Origin: Aulosira sp. ZfuVER01
GTDB taxonomy: Bacteria; Cyanobacteriota; Cyanobacteriia; Cyanobacteriales; Nostocaceae
Assembly: GCA_034530615.2 (NCBI GenBank)
Contig: JAVRCV020000066.1
Coordinates: 1 to 64,000 of the forward strand
Direction: 5' to 3'
Length of the DNA stretch: 64,000 nucleotides
In this document: positions 22,169-32,543 of the stretch, in pieces
Layout: each line of letters starts with the position of its first letter
Numbering within the stretch: position 1 is the stretch's first letter
Notes under the pieces: generated by a model
What the model saw: only the letters and a program-made list of their open reading frames with translations
What the model was told of the DNA's origin: nothing
The model's database searches: none
Made by a program: the position numbers and the translations under genes

Positions 22169-22654
22169 ATGCCCTACAAACTACTTTTTGTCTGCCTGGG
22201 TAATATCTGTCGTTCGCCATCGGCAGAAAACATCATGAATCATCTGGTTGAACAGGCAGGCTTAAGCAATAGTATTGTCTGTGACTCGGCGGGGACATCT
22301 AGCTATCACATTGGTAGCCCGCCTGACCGCCGCATGAGTGCCGCATCTGAGAAAAAGTTGGGGATTAAACTGCGCGGTCAAGCCCGTCAGTTACGGAAAT
22401 CGGACTTTCAAGACTTTGACTTGATTTTGGCAATGGATCGGGACAATTATCAGGATATTCTGGCACTTGACCCATCTCAGCATTATCGCGATAAAGTCTA
22501 TTTAATGTGTGATTTTTGCTCTCAGTACAGCCTGAAAGAAGTTCCAGATCCTTACTATGGTGGTGCAGAAGGATTCGATCGAGTAATCGATCTGCTAGTA
22601 GATGCTTGTGATGGTCTGCTGCAAAAAATTATTAGCGAGCAACTAAATAAATGA
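22169..22654 (+). CDS. Low molecular weight protein-tyrosine phosphatase
   Basis: VCLGNICRS P-loop, DSAGT, DPYY. Confidence 0.95.
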   Translation: MPYKLLFVCLGNICRSPSAENIMNHLVEQAGLSNSIVCDSAGTSSYHIGSPPDRRMSAASEKKLGIKLRGQARQLRKSDFQDFDLILAMDRDNYQDILALDPSQHYRDKVYLMCDFCSQYSLKEVPDPYYGGAEGFDRVIDLLVDACDGLLQKIISEQLNK

Positions 22655-22695
22655 GTGCTGAGTAAAGTTAGAGTGCAAACTCATTACTCAGCACT
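22654..22695. terminator. Inverted repeat between convergent genes
   Basis: AGTGCTGAGTAA...TTACTCAGCACT. Confidence 0.55.
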
Positions 22696-22703
22696 TTGTT
22701 GTA

Positions 22704-23387
22704 CTATTCCACTAGACCATGCTTGATCGCAAAACGCACCAGTTCAGCTCGGTTACTAGTTGCTGTTTTTCTCAATAAGCTACTAACGTACTTTTCTACT
22801 GTACGCGCACTGAGGTGTAGCTGTTGGCCCATGTCAGCATTAGAAAGACCATGCGTTAACAGTTCTAGGACTTCCTGCTCTCTAGGAGTCAAAATTGAGA
22901 GCATTTGAGATTTCTGACTATGAGTAATTTCAGCAGGATGGGCTTCTGCTGTTTTTGTTTGGCTAGAATGGCCCAAGTTTTCTTGATGAGAAAAGCGGTA
23001 CTCTGATTGAATAATTTGCGATCGCTCCAGCAGATTACGAATAGCTGCTGCTAACTCTTCTAACTCAAAAGGTTTAGGCAAATATAAATCGCATCCCGAC
23101 TGATAGCCCAAAATTCTTTCCTGAGTTTTAGTCCGCGCTGTTAATAAAATCACAGGTAATAAACGGAACTCTGCTTTTTGACGCACCCGGCGCACTAATT
23201 CATAGCCATTCATTCTTGGCATAACAATATCAGTGACAATCAAATCAGGATGGTACTCCTCCACCATCACCAACGCCTCTTGACCATCATTCGCCGTAAT
23301 CACTGAGTAGCCAGACAGTTCAAGATAATCGCTAATCGACAGACGAGTGCCCAGATCGTCATCCACTACAAGGATCGTCAAGGGCAT
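22704..23387 (-). CDS. NarL/LuxR family response regulator (Ycf29-like)
   Basis: REC domain (VVDDD, TDIVMP, PKP) plus LTPREQEVL HTH; ATG 23387 likely. Confidence 0.9.
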   Translation of the reverse strand: MPLTILVVDDDLGTRLSISDYLELSGYSVITANDGQEALVMVEEYHPDLIVTDIVMPRMNGYELVRRVRQKAEFRLLPVILLTARTKTQERILGYQSGCDLYLPKPFELEELAAAIRNLLERSQIIQSEYRFSHQENLGHSSQTKTAEAHPAEITHSQKSQMLSILTPREQEVLELLTHGLSNADMGQQLHLSARTVEKYVSSLLRKTATSNRAELVRFAIKHGLVE

Positions 23388-23865
23388 GGACAGTACACCC
23401 CTAGCATTTTTTTTACTTAGAAATTGGCTTGTTTGAGCACTATTAGTGAACACAGGCAAGAATGATGTGCTCTTATTTTTCATACTATGACAGGATTACC
23501 CGCTAATTACTGCCTCAGGACTGATTTATAAAGAAAATCTTAATTCTTTAGAAATTGTTAATAAATTTTAACGCAGTGTTCCATTCTACTGCTTGGCAAA
23601 GATAAATAATGTAGCAATTCATAACAACTAAGCAACACGATAGGGTAATCTTTTACCCTACTGTAAATTAAAATTTACCGAATCGACTGTCTAGTTGAGA
23701 CAAAATTTGCTGGAAAATTTCTCATTGAGAACTTGAAAAAGCTAAATTAAGAATATAACTCTCTTACCTAGAGTAACCATTTATAGTGGTCTAATATAGC
23801 CTGAAGCAATTTTTCTACCGACTCAAACAAGATTTTAGACACATTTTAAGTACGCATGATTTTCC

Positions 23866-24333
23866 ATGAGTGACAAAAGCGAAGGTTACAAAGTAATTAG
23901 CGATAATCGACAAGCCCGTTATTTATATGAAATCCTGGAAACTTACGAAGCTGGAATTCAATTGACGGGAACAGAGGTAAAATCGATTCGTGCAGGTAAA
24001 GTCAATCTTCAAGATGGCTATGCGTTGATTCGCAATGGCGAAGCATGGTTAATTAACGCGCATATTTCACCTTACACTGCTAGCGGACAATATTTTAATC
24101 ATGAACCACGGCGGACGCGCAAGCTGTTACTGCATCGTCAGGAAATCCGCAAGCTAATTGGTAAAGTCGAACAGCAGGGTTTGACTTTAGTTCCTTTAAA
24201 GATGTACTTCAAGCGTGGCCGCGTAAAAGTGAGTATAGCCCTGGGCAAAGGTAAAAAGCTCCACGATAAGCGAGAAGACCTGAAAAAACGCCAAGATCAA
24301 CGCGATATTCAACGAGCAATGAAAAATTATTAA
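23866..24333 (+). CDS. smpB: SsrA-binding protein
   Basis: EAGIQLTGTEVKS, RKLLLH, GKKLHDKR. Confidence 0.98.
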   Translation: MSDKSEGYKVISDNRQARYLYEILETYEAGIQLTGTEVKSIRAGKVNLQDGYALIRNGEAWLINAHISPYTASGQYFNHEPRRTRKLLLHRQEIRKLIGKVEQQGLTLVPLKMYFKRGRVKVSIALGKGKKLHDKREDLKKRQDQRDIQRAMKNY

Positions 24334-24471
24334 GCATTCTTGGAAAAAGTGCGGTGTATATCCTCAGTCAGAGTTAAGAAAAAGCCGATTTTATCGCCAC
24401 AGATTGATTTTGTTATCTCTGGAACTCGGTAAAGTGGTGAGTAATCTTGGAAGGGATGAGGAACTTTCACC

Positions 24472-24753
24472 ATGACACGCAATTTCACTAAAGCGATAGG
24501 CACTGGCGTTCTCACCTTGAGTATGGCAATGTTGTCCTTAACTCTACCTGTACAAGCTCAAAGTACTACTACTGACCCTGGAACCCGGACTACCCCAAGC
24601 ACAACAACCTACGATCGCAATGATTTTGATTGGGGTTGGCTGGGATTAATTGGTTTATTAGGTCTTGCTGGGTTGACAGGTAGAAAGCGTGATGACGAAC
24701 CAACCCGTTACCGCGATCCCAATGCACCAGGTGCTACTAGCTACAGGGAGTAA
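24472..24753 (+). CDS. Secreted protein with WGxxGxxG-CTERM domain
   Basis: Signal peptide, Thr-rich linker, FDWGWLGLIGLLGLAGL followed by RKR. Confidence 0.85.
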   Translation: MTRNFTKAIGTGVLTLSMAMLSLTLPVQAQSTTTDPGTRTTPSTTTYDRNDFDWGWLGLIGLLGLAGLTGRKRDDEPTRYRDPNAPGATSYRE

Positions 24754-24773
24754 GTAATTGGTAAATTTTATAC

Positions 24774-24810
24774 AGTAAGTTGTCAGTTGTTGGGTGACTG
24801 ACAACTTACT
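24774..24810. terminator. Bidirectional terminator-like hairpin
   Basis: AGTAAGTTGTCAGT...ACTGACAACTTACT between convergent genes. Confidence 0.7.
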
Positions 24811-24814
24811 CCTT

Positions 24815-26242
24815 TTAGTTTGCTGCTGGTTCAGAACTAACCGAATTTAGCTCTAAATTCTTATTTTGATTTAAAGGTGTCCAGTAACTGGCAATCAAAG
24901 CCACTAAGAACCACCAGAGACTGTTAACCTCGGGACGAAACCAGACAGTATCAAAAGTCCCATGAGCAAGCATACCGACAATAGATGCGATCGCTCCAAT
25001 TAACCAAAATCCCTCTACGCTTCTTAACTGCCGCAATCGTCGCATTTGCATATAACCTGTATTCAAAGTCACAATCAACAGCCACAGAAAACAGCCTAAA
25101 CCAATAAAACCAGTTTCTACAGCAATTTCTAGCAAAATCGAATAGGCACTCAAAGCACTATAACGGGGGCGTTGATAGAGAGGGTAGATTTTATTAAAAG
25201 CATTGTGACCAGGGCCAATACCGAGAATCGGGCGATCGTGAATCATCTCAAAAACAGCATCCCAGACATTCCTGCGAAAATTATTACTGCTATCTTGACG
25301 ATCGGCAAAAATACTCAAAACTCGCAAACGTACTGGCTCAACAAAGATCACCGCTAGCACTAATATCCCAATTAAACCTCCGAGAATAATTGGCAATGAC
25401 CAAGTGCGCCAAAAAGGCGGCATTTGCACACTCCACCAATAAATGAGCAATGCCATCACTGTTAATACTGCCGCCACTAAACCAATCCAGCCACCACGAC
25501 TAAAGGTGAGAACTAAACAGGCACTATTGACAATTAACGCTGTTAATGCAAGAGCTTTCTTAAACCAGCTTTGCCAAGCAAAAATTGCCACCAAACTGAA
25601 AACTACTGCTGGGAGAAGATACCCTGCCAATAAATTGGGATTACCCAAATAACTATAGACCCTAGTCGTTTTAGACAAAGGCGATTCGGGGTCAACCCAA
25701 GTGGCTAAGGCTGTTGCACCAAAAAACCATTGCCGCAACCCATATACGCTAACAATTAGCGACACGTGCAGGTAGAGAGCGATCAGCCAAGACCGCAGGC
25801 GGGATGACCTCAGCACCCTAGCACAAAGCGCAAATAGCAGCAAATAGAGCGTTAAAGTGAATAAATCGTTCAACGCCGCCTTTTTTACTGGTGAGAATGC
25901 TGTAGCAACTGCGGCAATTGCCCAATAGAGCAATACCAGCAGATGAATAGGGGTAAATGATGAGGCATTGGTTGATGTTGCTTCATCAGATAAAGTTAGC
26001 AATAGCCAAAATCCTACACAAGCTGCCAGCAAGAACCCGATCAAAGTAGTTGAAACAAAGGGTGCCAGTCCATACACTAGACTAAGTAAGGCAACCGCAA
26101 TTGTGTCTCCCCACTGGAGCAACATACTACTTTGCCGCCAGGAGGATAACAGCCCCACCAAAGAGTTGTGGAGGTAGCTGGTAGCAAAATATTCTTTGAC
26201 TGTTAAATAAGATAACGTGAACCTTTGCCAGACTAAATTCAT
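24815..26242 (-). CDS. ictB: IctB family membrane protein (O-antigen ligase/Wzy_C-like)
   Basis: RVYSYLGNPNLLAGYL, TFSRGGW, DSSNNFRRNVW, GIGPG; multiple TM segments. Confidence 0.9.
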   Translation of the reverse strand: MNLVWQRFTLSYLTVKEYFATSYLHNSLVGLLSSWRQSSMLLQWGDTIAVALLSLVYGLAPFVSTTLIGFLLAACVGFWLLLTLSDEATSTNASSFTPIHLLVLLYWAIAAVATAFSPVKKAALNDLFTLTLYLLLFALCARVLRSSRLRSWLIALYLHVSLIVSVYGLRQWFFGATALATWVDPESPLSKTTRVYSYLGNPNLLAGYLLPAVVFSLVAIFAWQSWFKKALALTALIVNSACLVLTFSRGGWIGLVAAVLTVMALLIYWWSVQMPPFWRTWSLPIILGGLIGILVLAVIFVEPVRLRVLSIFADRQDSSNNFRRNVWDAVFEMIHDRPILGIGPGHNAFNKIYPLYQRPRYSALSAYSILLEIAVETGFIGLGCFLWLLIVTLNTGYMQMRRLRQLRSVEGFWLIGAIASIVGMLAHGTFDTVWFRPEVNSLWWFLVALIASYWTPLNQNKNLELNSVSSEPAAN

Positions 26243-26626
26243 AAAAAACGCTGTGACTGATTAGCACGCCCGCCTAGAACTTGGAATCGATCATAATGCG
26301 GGTAGTTACAAAAGGGTAATAATGCAGATTGGGAATTTCATCAATAGTCCATAATCATTATTCAATATTGATGACTTTTGAATTCTTGCCCATCATCTAA
26401 CACATTTCCACTCGTGCTAGTTCCATCAGCGGATTTTAAACAGTGCTGAATAAAAAATATGAGTCGTTAATAGCTAATCCAAAATCGTATTATTCATGCG
26501 TCCTGGTGAAGCAGTGCTAGAGACGCTTTCCCACTAAAGACAAACCTCGCGTACTCAGTTGGGCGTATTCCCAAAGAGAATGCTTAGGGTAGGATTCACC
26601 AGGAGGATGTACGCACTTGATGATGC

Positions 26627-26722
26627 TATAGCGTTTCCTAGTCTACTGAGGTACAAATTTATCTGTATTCATCTGGGGTTAACTAAATTTTTCTGTACTT
26701 CACTGAAATGAGAAATGCTATA
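26627..26722. mobile_element. Short MITE-like palindromic element
   Basis: TATAGCGTTTC/GAAATGCTATA termini and inner TGAGGTACA/TGTACTTCA arms. Confidence 0.5.
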
Positions 26723-26740
26723 TTTAGCAGCTTGCCCTAA

Positions 26741-28300
26741 TTAGACATCACTAACTGCTTCTGAGGAAGCCACAACTTGTAATGGCAAAGACAGCACATA
26801 ACGGTATCCTGCTTCTGGAGAACCTTGAATCGAAATTTGTCCACTGTGTAATTCTGCTAGCTGACAGCTAAGTAATAGACCTAAGCTTTCGCGAGATAAA
26901 CTACTATGTGGCTGATTAACATCTATTCTAGAATTGACAGTCAAGACATCTGAGTGGGAATCACCCAAGTTTTTTGACTTTTCCATGACTAGCGGTAAAT
27001 GTCCTGCAAGTTCATGGTTGTCTGCATGGATATTATAGTTTGCTACCTCGCCTGTTAGCTCCAGCAAAGACAAGGGGCTAAGACGAAAATAGGGATCAAC
27101 CTCAGTTATACCGTCCCCCAGCCAAGGATGGGAAACCCAAACCGTAATGTTGAGTGTATTTTCTTTGTAAGAGACATGAATGCGCACTACACTACCTGTA
27201 GCAGAAAGTTGAATCACGCTAAAAATTAGGTGATACAACATTTGTCGTACCTTATCTTTATCTAAAGGACAAATGCGACTGTGTCCCGGTTCGATAGATA
27301 GGCGAATATCTTGTTCGCGGCGATTAGCAGCTTCTTCTAGAGTATTGATAGCTTGTTGACATACCATCTCAATATCTACAGGAGCTATATTCAAATCGGT
27401 TGAACCGTCATCCATTGCTCCTAGTTCAGTAATTTCATTGACCAAGGATAGTAAATATCGACCGCTGTGTTGGATGATATCGAGATATTCTCTTTGCTTA
27501 GTCGTTAAAGGCCCGTAAATTTCACGTCCTAGGACGCTAGCCATTCCTAGTACAGAGGTTAAGGGTGTACGTAACTCCTGAGTTAGCTGTCCTAACAGTT
27601 CTAGTTTTAGTTGCTTCGTAGAAACAGAATCTTGTGTTAAAGCAGGTGGGGTAATTTTGATCTCACTGCTACTGTCGTCGCTGAACGATAAGCTAATTGT
27701 GTTTTTGGGAATATTGATTTCTGACTTGGCTTTTAGCAGTCGATTACGCTCAAACTCACTCATGCTCCAACGAGCTATGATTTGTAAAAATTCAATATCG
27801 CGAGTGGTAAAGTTACGCGGTACTAAATCCATCACTGCCAATGCACCCAAACAATGACCGGAAGCATCAATTAATGGCGCTCCCAAGTAAGCACGAATGC
27901 CATAATCCTGTATCAACTTGCTAGAAGCTAATACCGAATCAGTAATTTTATGTGTATCATTAATCACTAAAAATTGAAAGCTGTCTACCACTTGGGTGCA
28001 AAAAGATTCCCGGCGTAATAATTGACGGCTTTGTGCTAAATGATTCATTAGTCCCAGCCTAGATAAACCTACGGCTGACTTGAACCAATGACGTTCTTGA
28101 TCGACAAAACCCAAAATAGATATGGGTGCTTCCAAAAAATGAGCAGCGGTTTGAGTGGCTTCTTCAAAGACAGGAATTGTTTCTGATTGCCGCAAACCTA
28201 AATCTGACAATGCTTCGAGGCGTTGTTTTTCTCTTGTTTCTTGGGAAGCCCAACCATCTTTTAGGGCAGATAATTTGTTTTCAGGCTCTACCATTGCCAC
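26741..28300 (-). CDS. GAF-domain histidine-kinase-like protein (probable pseudokinase)
   Basis: GAF (RESFC, YLGAPL, GALAVMD), H-box TQELRTPL without His, degenerate ATPase boxes. Confidence 0.85.
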   Translation of the reverse strand: MAMVEPENKLSALKDGWASQETREKQRLEALSDLGLRQSETIPVFEEATQTAAHFLEAPISILGFVDQERHWFKSAVGLSRLGLMNHLAQSRQLLRRESFCTQVVDSFQFLVINDTHKITDSVLASSKLIQDYGIRAYLGAPLIDASGHCLGALAVMDLVPRNFTTRDIEFLQIIARWSMSEFERNRLLKAKSEINIPKNTISLSFSDDSSSEIKITPPALTQDSVSTKQLKLELLGQLTQELRTPLTSVLGMASVLGREIYGPLTTKQREYLDIIQHSGRYLLSLVNEITELGAMDDGSTDLNIAPVDIEMVCQQAINTLEEAANRREQDIRLSIEPGHSRICPLDKDKVRQMLYHLIFSVIQLSATGSVVRIHVSYKENTLNITVWVSHPWLGDGITEVDPYFRLSPLSLLELTGEVANYNIHADNHELAGHLPLVMEKSKNLGDSHSDVLTVNSRIDVNQPHSSLSRESLGLLLSCQLAELHSGQISIQGSPEAGYRYVLSLPLQVVASSEAVSDV

Positions 28301-29308
28301 CGTTACCTTGATAATTGCTCGATACTGTAGTTTATATAACCACTGTTGGTGGATTATTATTTGCTATTTTTAAGCATTCCCCAATTTCACCTCCGATAAA
28401 CAAGCTGAAGATAAAAATTTTTTCTCCCGAGGATCAACAGATAATTTAATCGGCTTTCGTCCCTAGAAAATGTCAGTAAATATTCTAGTTAGCACTGGTG
28501 AAATTTGTATTGCTTTAGCTTTTACCACTAGACAGCGTTAGTTTTATTTTCAAGCTGGGTAATATAACACTAAGGAGGAAGATAAAGTCTATCCCCTTGT
28601 TATCTAGAACAGGTGTGTTTTTTGTGTATTTTCTCTATTCTCATTTAAGTAAAATAGTTATATGTTGGAGTTTCCTAGTGCAATCTTTGGAAGCATAAAT
28701 AATAGTTGCCAATAATTATGAATGGTGTATTGAGACTAAGGTTTCATAAATCAAAAGATATGGAATTCTACTCCAGATTTTATAACAAAGAAAGTTTTTC
28801 ACTAATTGAAGAAAAAATATAAATAGAAATTATCATTATAAATAAGAAAAGCTTATCTAAAGCAATCAGGATTTTGATTAAAAAGTCAATACATCAAACA
28901 TGGATAAACTAAACTTCATCTTAAACCTACAAAAATCATTGATAGAAAAGTTTTATTTTCACCAAGTATTTCAGCCGAAAAATTTATTTATATATTTCAA
29001 TATGTAAAAATGTTTATTTTTTTAATAAAAAACTATATAAGCACAATACTATTTAACTATATATGCTTAAGCATTTTGACTTTAGCTATTAATTAATCAT
29101 TTAATATCAATATTTTTGAGAGACAGAAAATACCTAATTTAATAATGGTTAGTTCTTATCTTTTTAATTTCTGCTACACCAATATAAAATTATGATTTTT
29201 ACTAAAACTTTATCAATATAGTTTGCCTATTTTGACCAGATAAGCCATAAATGAATTAGCTATTTTTAAACTAGGCTTTCGCCATCTAAAGTTTGAGGCT
29301 ATCTGGCA

Positions 29309-30475
29309 ATGAATAAAAAGACTATTAAAATTCCTTTTGTAGATTTGAATTTACAACACCATCCTATTCAAATTCAACTAGAGCAAGCAATACAGGCTGT
29401 ATTAACAAAAGGAGATTTTATTTTAGGGCAAGCACTTTCAGACTTTGAGGCAGCTTTTGCAGCAGCATCGGGGACAGAATATGGTGTAGGGGTGGCATCT
29501 GGAACCGATGCGATCGCTCTCGGTTTGCAAGCCTGCAATATTGGCAATGGAGATGAGGTTTTATTACCTGTTAATACATTTGTTGCAACCCTAATTGGAG
29601 TGTTACGTGTTGGGGCTAAACCAATTTTGGTAGATTGCGATCCCCAAACCGCTTTAATTGATTTAGAAGCAGCAGCAAAAGTAGTTACACCTCGGACGAA
29701 AGCAATTATTCCTGTACATCTTTATGGTCAAATGGTGTCACCTCGACAGCTATTGGATTTTGCTAAAATCTACAACTTGCTCATTTTTGAAGATGCAGCA
29801 CAAGCACATTTAGCAGAACGAGAGGGATATCTTGCTGGTTCAGTGGGAATAGCAGCAGCTTTTAGCTTTTATCCCAGTAAAAATTTGGGAGCATTTGGCG
29901 ATGGTGGGATGCTATTAACGCGAGATCCAGATGTTGCTCAAAAAATGGTGCGCTTGCGGAATTATGGCGCATCACAAAAGTATTTTCATGTTGAAGCGGG
30001 TACAAATAGCCGCTTAGATACCTTGCAAGCAGCAGTATTACTAGAAAAGCTACCATATTTATCCCAGTGGAACTGCGATCGCAATAGTATTGCCCAACAG
30101 TACGATCGAGAATTATTACCCTTAGCATCTGCTGGCATTATCCCTCTACAAAATCACAGCGCTACAGGACATATTTATCATCTTTATGTAATTAAAATTG
30201 ATGACTCTTGCCCTTTAACACGCGAGCAAATTCAAGAAAAACTTACAGCAGATGGAATTCAGACTGGTATTCATTACCCAATTCCATGCCATCTTCAGCC
30301 AGCATTCACTTATTTAGGCTATCAACCAGGAGATTTCCCGCAAGCAGAAAAGTTGGCACAGCAAATTTTATCTTTACCTATGTATCCAGGTTTAAGCAAT
30401 AGTCAAATTACTGAAGTTGTGAAAGCGATCGCATCTAATTTAAGTAGCGAACAACAACAGTTGTTGTGCATTTAA
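29309..30475 (+). CDS. DegT/DnrJ/EryC1/StrS family sugar aminotransferase
   Basis: SGTDA, PVHLYGQ, EDAAQAH, FSFYPSKNLG, NSRLD. Confidence 0.95.
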   Translation: MNKKTIKIPFVDLNLQHHPIQIQLEQAIQAVLTKGDFILGQALSDFEAAFAAASGTEYGVGVASGTDAIALGLQACNIGNGDEVLLPVNTFVATLIGVLRVGAKPILVDCDPQTALIDLEAAAKVVTPRTKAIIPVHLYGQMVSPRQLLDFAKIYNLLIFEDAAQAHLAEREGYLAGSVGIAAAFSFYPSKNLGAFGDGGMLLTRDPDVAQKMVRLRNYGASQKYFHVEAGTNSRLDTLQAAVLLEKLPYLSQWNCDRNSIAQQYDRELLPLASAGIIPLQNHSATGHIYHLYVIKIDDSCPLTREQIQEKLTADGIQTGIHYPIPCHLQPAFTYLGYQPGDFPQAEKLAQQILSLPMYPGLSNSQITEVVKAIASNLSSEQQQLLCI

Positions 30476-30573
30476 TTAGTTCGTAGTCAGGGCTTTAATC
30501 CGGAACAATTAAATCACTAAATTGCTTACTACTAAAGCATTAACAATCAATAAATTTTGCATTGCTTAAAATT

Positions 30574-31476
30574 ATGGCAATCCAGCAACAGGTAAAAAAT
30601 AGAAACACTTCCCAATTGCTCAGTTTGGCAATTTTAGGCGTTTTAGTTCTGCTTTATGCGCCTTTGTTACTACACTGGCTGGATGGTTGGTTGCACAAAA
30701 ATATTAGTACAGAACATGAATATTTTAGCCACGGTCTGATTGGTTTACCGTTTGCAGCTTACTTAGTTTGGCTGCAACGCAAACAATGGCAACGTTTACC
30801 AGATACGATCCATCCTCTAGGCCCTGTTCTGCTGTTAGTGGGGGGAGTTTTTTATTTGAGTGGTGTAGCTGAGTGGGTTAACCTTTCTCTCCCCGCTATT
30901 TTAGCCGGATTGTGCTTGTGGTTTAAAGGTATGTCAGGTTTAAAATTGCTAGGATTTCCTCTACTGCTAATATTTTTCGCAACCCCAACAGCTGGGCCAT
31001 ACTTAATTGCTCCTTACACCTTACCCCTACAAAGTTTCATTGCTGGTACAGCAGGCTTCATACTGAATCAGTTTGGTATGGAAGTAACTGTTGATGGGGT
31101 AAATCTGTACGTGGGTGGACGGATTGTAGAAGTTGCGCCTTATTGTGCAGGGCTGAAAATGTTATTTACTACCATGTACGTCAGCTTAATGTTGCTTTAT
31201 TGGACAGGTGCTTTGTCTTCACGTCGCACAACTAGTTGGTTTTTAGTAATTGCTGTTTTGATTAGCATTAGTGCCAATATACTTCGCAATACTGCATTGA
31301 CTTTCTTTCATGGAACAGGTCAAGAAGCAGCGTTTAAATGGTTGCACGAAGGTTGGGGTGGCGACCTCTACTCTGGTTGTATGTTGCTGTTATTAGTACC
31401 TTTACTAAATCGGATTAATAGCTATTTCTCAGCAATTACAGATATTGAACCCGAAGCAGATAGTGATAACCCCTAG
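30574..31476 (+). CDS. crtB: Cyanoexosortase B
   Basis: EYFSHG, VAPYCAGL (Cys), ANILR (Arg), LHEG (His); multi-TM. The symbol refers to the exosortase, not phytoene synthase. Confidence 0.85.
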   Translation: MAIQQQVKNRNTSQLLSLAILGVLVLLYAPLLLHWLDGWLHKNISTEHEYFSHGLIGLPFAAYLVWLQRKQWQRLPDTIHPLGPVLLLVGGVFYLSGVAEWVNLSLPAILAGLCLWFKGMSGLKLLGFPLLLIFFATPTAGPYLIAPYTLPLQSFIAGTAGFILNQFGMEVTVDGVNLYVGGRIVEVAPYCAGLKMLFTTMYVSLMLLYWTGALSSRRTTSWFLVIAVLISISANILRNTALTFFHGTGQEAAFKWLHEGWGGDLYSGCMLLLLVPLLNRINSYFSAITDIEPEADSDNP

Positions 31477-31574
31477 AAACAACAGTAATCATTGCAGTAT
31501 GACTGTTAGGATTACTGAACTCATAGCCTAATTTTGCCAAGTAAACTTTTGCCTAAATATTACAAATTTTATTA

Positions 31575-32288
31575 ATGATTTCCTTATCTAAATTCTTCAA
31601 AGAAAGCCAATGGAATCAAGTAGTAGCACTTGTATTATTGCTACTGCTATTTGCTATTGGAAGTGTTCCCGGATACCTAACAGGACACTGGCAATGGAAG
31701 CAGCCACCACCAATAACCAGCCTGAAAGCATTGAAACATATACGCAATTCTGGGTTAAGTCTTCCTGGTTGGCAAACTATTGAGCAGGCGGAACAACAAG
31801 TTGGCGAACACAAATGGTCGCTACAGCTAATTAAGAAACAAGACTCACAAACTCAAGCGATATTGCTGCTGCTACCCCAAAATGGCCCGATGGATCAACC
31901 TGAAGTGGAGTGGACGGAAGTTAACGGTTGGGGAAAATCCCGTTGGGGAAAGTGGGATATAGCTCAATATCGCTCGGCTCAATTTACTGTGAAACACTCT
32001 AAAGAAACTCAGGTAGAAGCTAGATTCTTTCGCGCTTCTACAAAACAAGATACTTTTGGCGTATTGCAGTGGTATGCTCTACCGAATGATGGCAACCCAT
32101 CACCTTTACGTTGGTTTGTAGCCGATCAATTAGCACAGTGGCGTAAGCAGCGAGTTCCTTGGGTTGCGGTGAGTATTCTCGTTCCGATGGAACCTTTAGG
32201 TCAGGTAGAAAAAATTTGGCCTTTAGCTGAGTCTATTGGTCAAACGGTACAAGCTGCATTAATGGCAGAGTCTCTAAAGAGCAATTAA
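31575..32288 (+). CDS. Cyanoexosortase B system-associated protein
   Basis: N-terminal TM, PGYLTG.WQW, PEVEW, QWYA; directly after the exosortase. Confidence 0.75.
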   Translation: MISLSKFFKESQWNQVVALVLLLLLFAIGSVPGYLTGHWQWKQPPPITSLKALKHIRNSGLSLPGWQTIEQAEQQVGEHKWSLQLIKKQDSQTQAILLLLPQNGPMDQPEVEWTEVNGWGKSRWGKWDIAQYRSAQFTVKHSKETQVEARFFRASTKQDTFGVLQWYALPNDGNPSPLRWFVADQLAQWRKQRVPWVAVSILVPMEPLGQVEKIWPLAESIGQTVQAALMAESLKSN

Positions 32289-32483
32289 CGAGTAGTTGAT
32301 GCAGAGATGGTGGTAATTATGCGATCGCCCATTGCTGAGTAAAAGTATGAATTGATTTTGGCTCACATTCGGGAATGCAGGCGATCGCTTTTTCTTCATG
32401 TAATATTTTACCATCTTTGGATATAGTAATTTCTCGGTGAAGTAAGAGACATTTTAAGTATTACCAGAGTAGAATAGCGACTC

Positions 32484-32508
32484 AGCAAGACTCATTATGA
32501 GTCTTGCT
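32484..32508. promoter_or_regulatory. Perfect inverted repeat upstream of the Wza-like gene
   Basis: AGCAAGACTCAT-T-ATGAGTCTTGCT. Confidence 0.45.
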
Positions 32509-32543
32509 TTCCTATACAAATGTTTATATTTTACGATTTTTAT

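Noticed and set aside
23866..24470. tmRNA gene or integration site beside smpB
   Set aside because: No ssrA-like termini, integrase or att duplication seen
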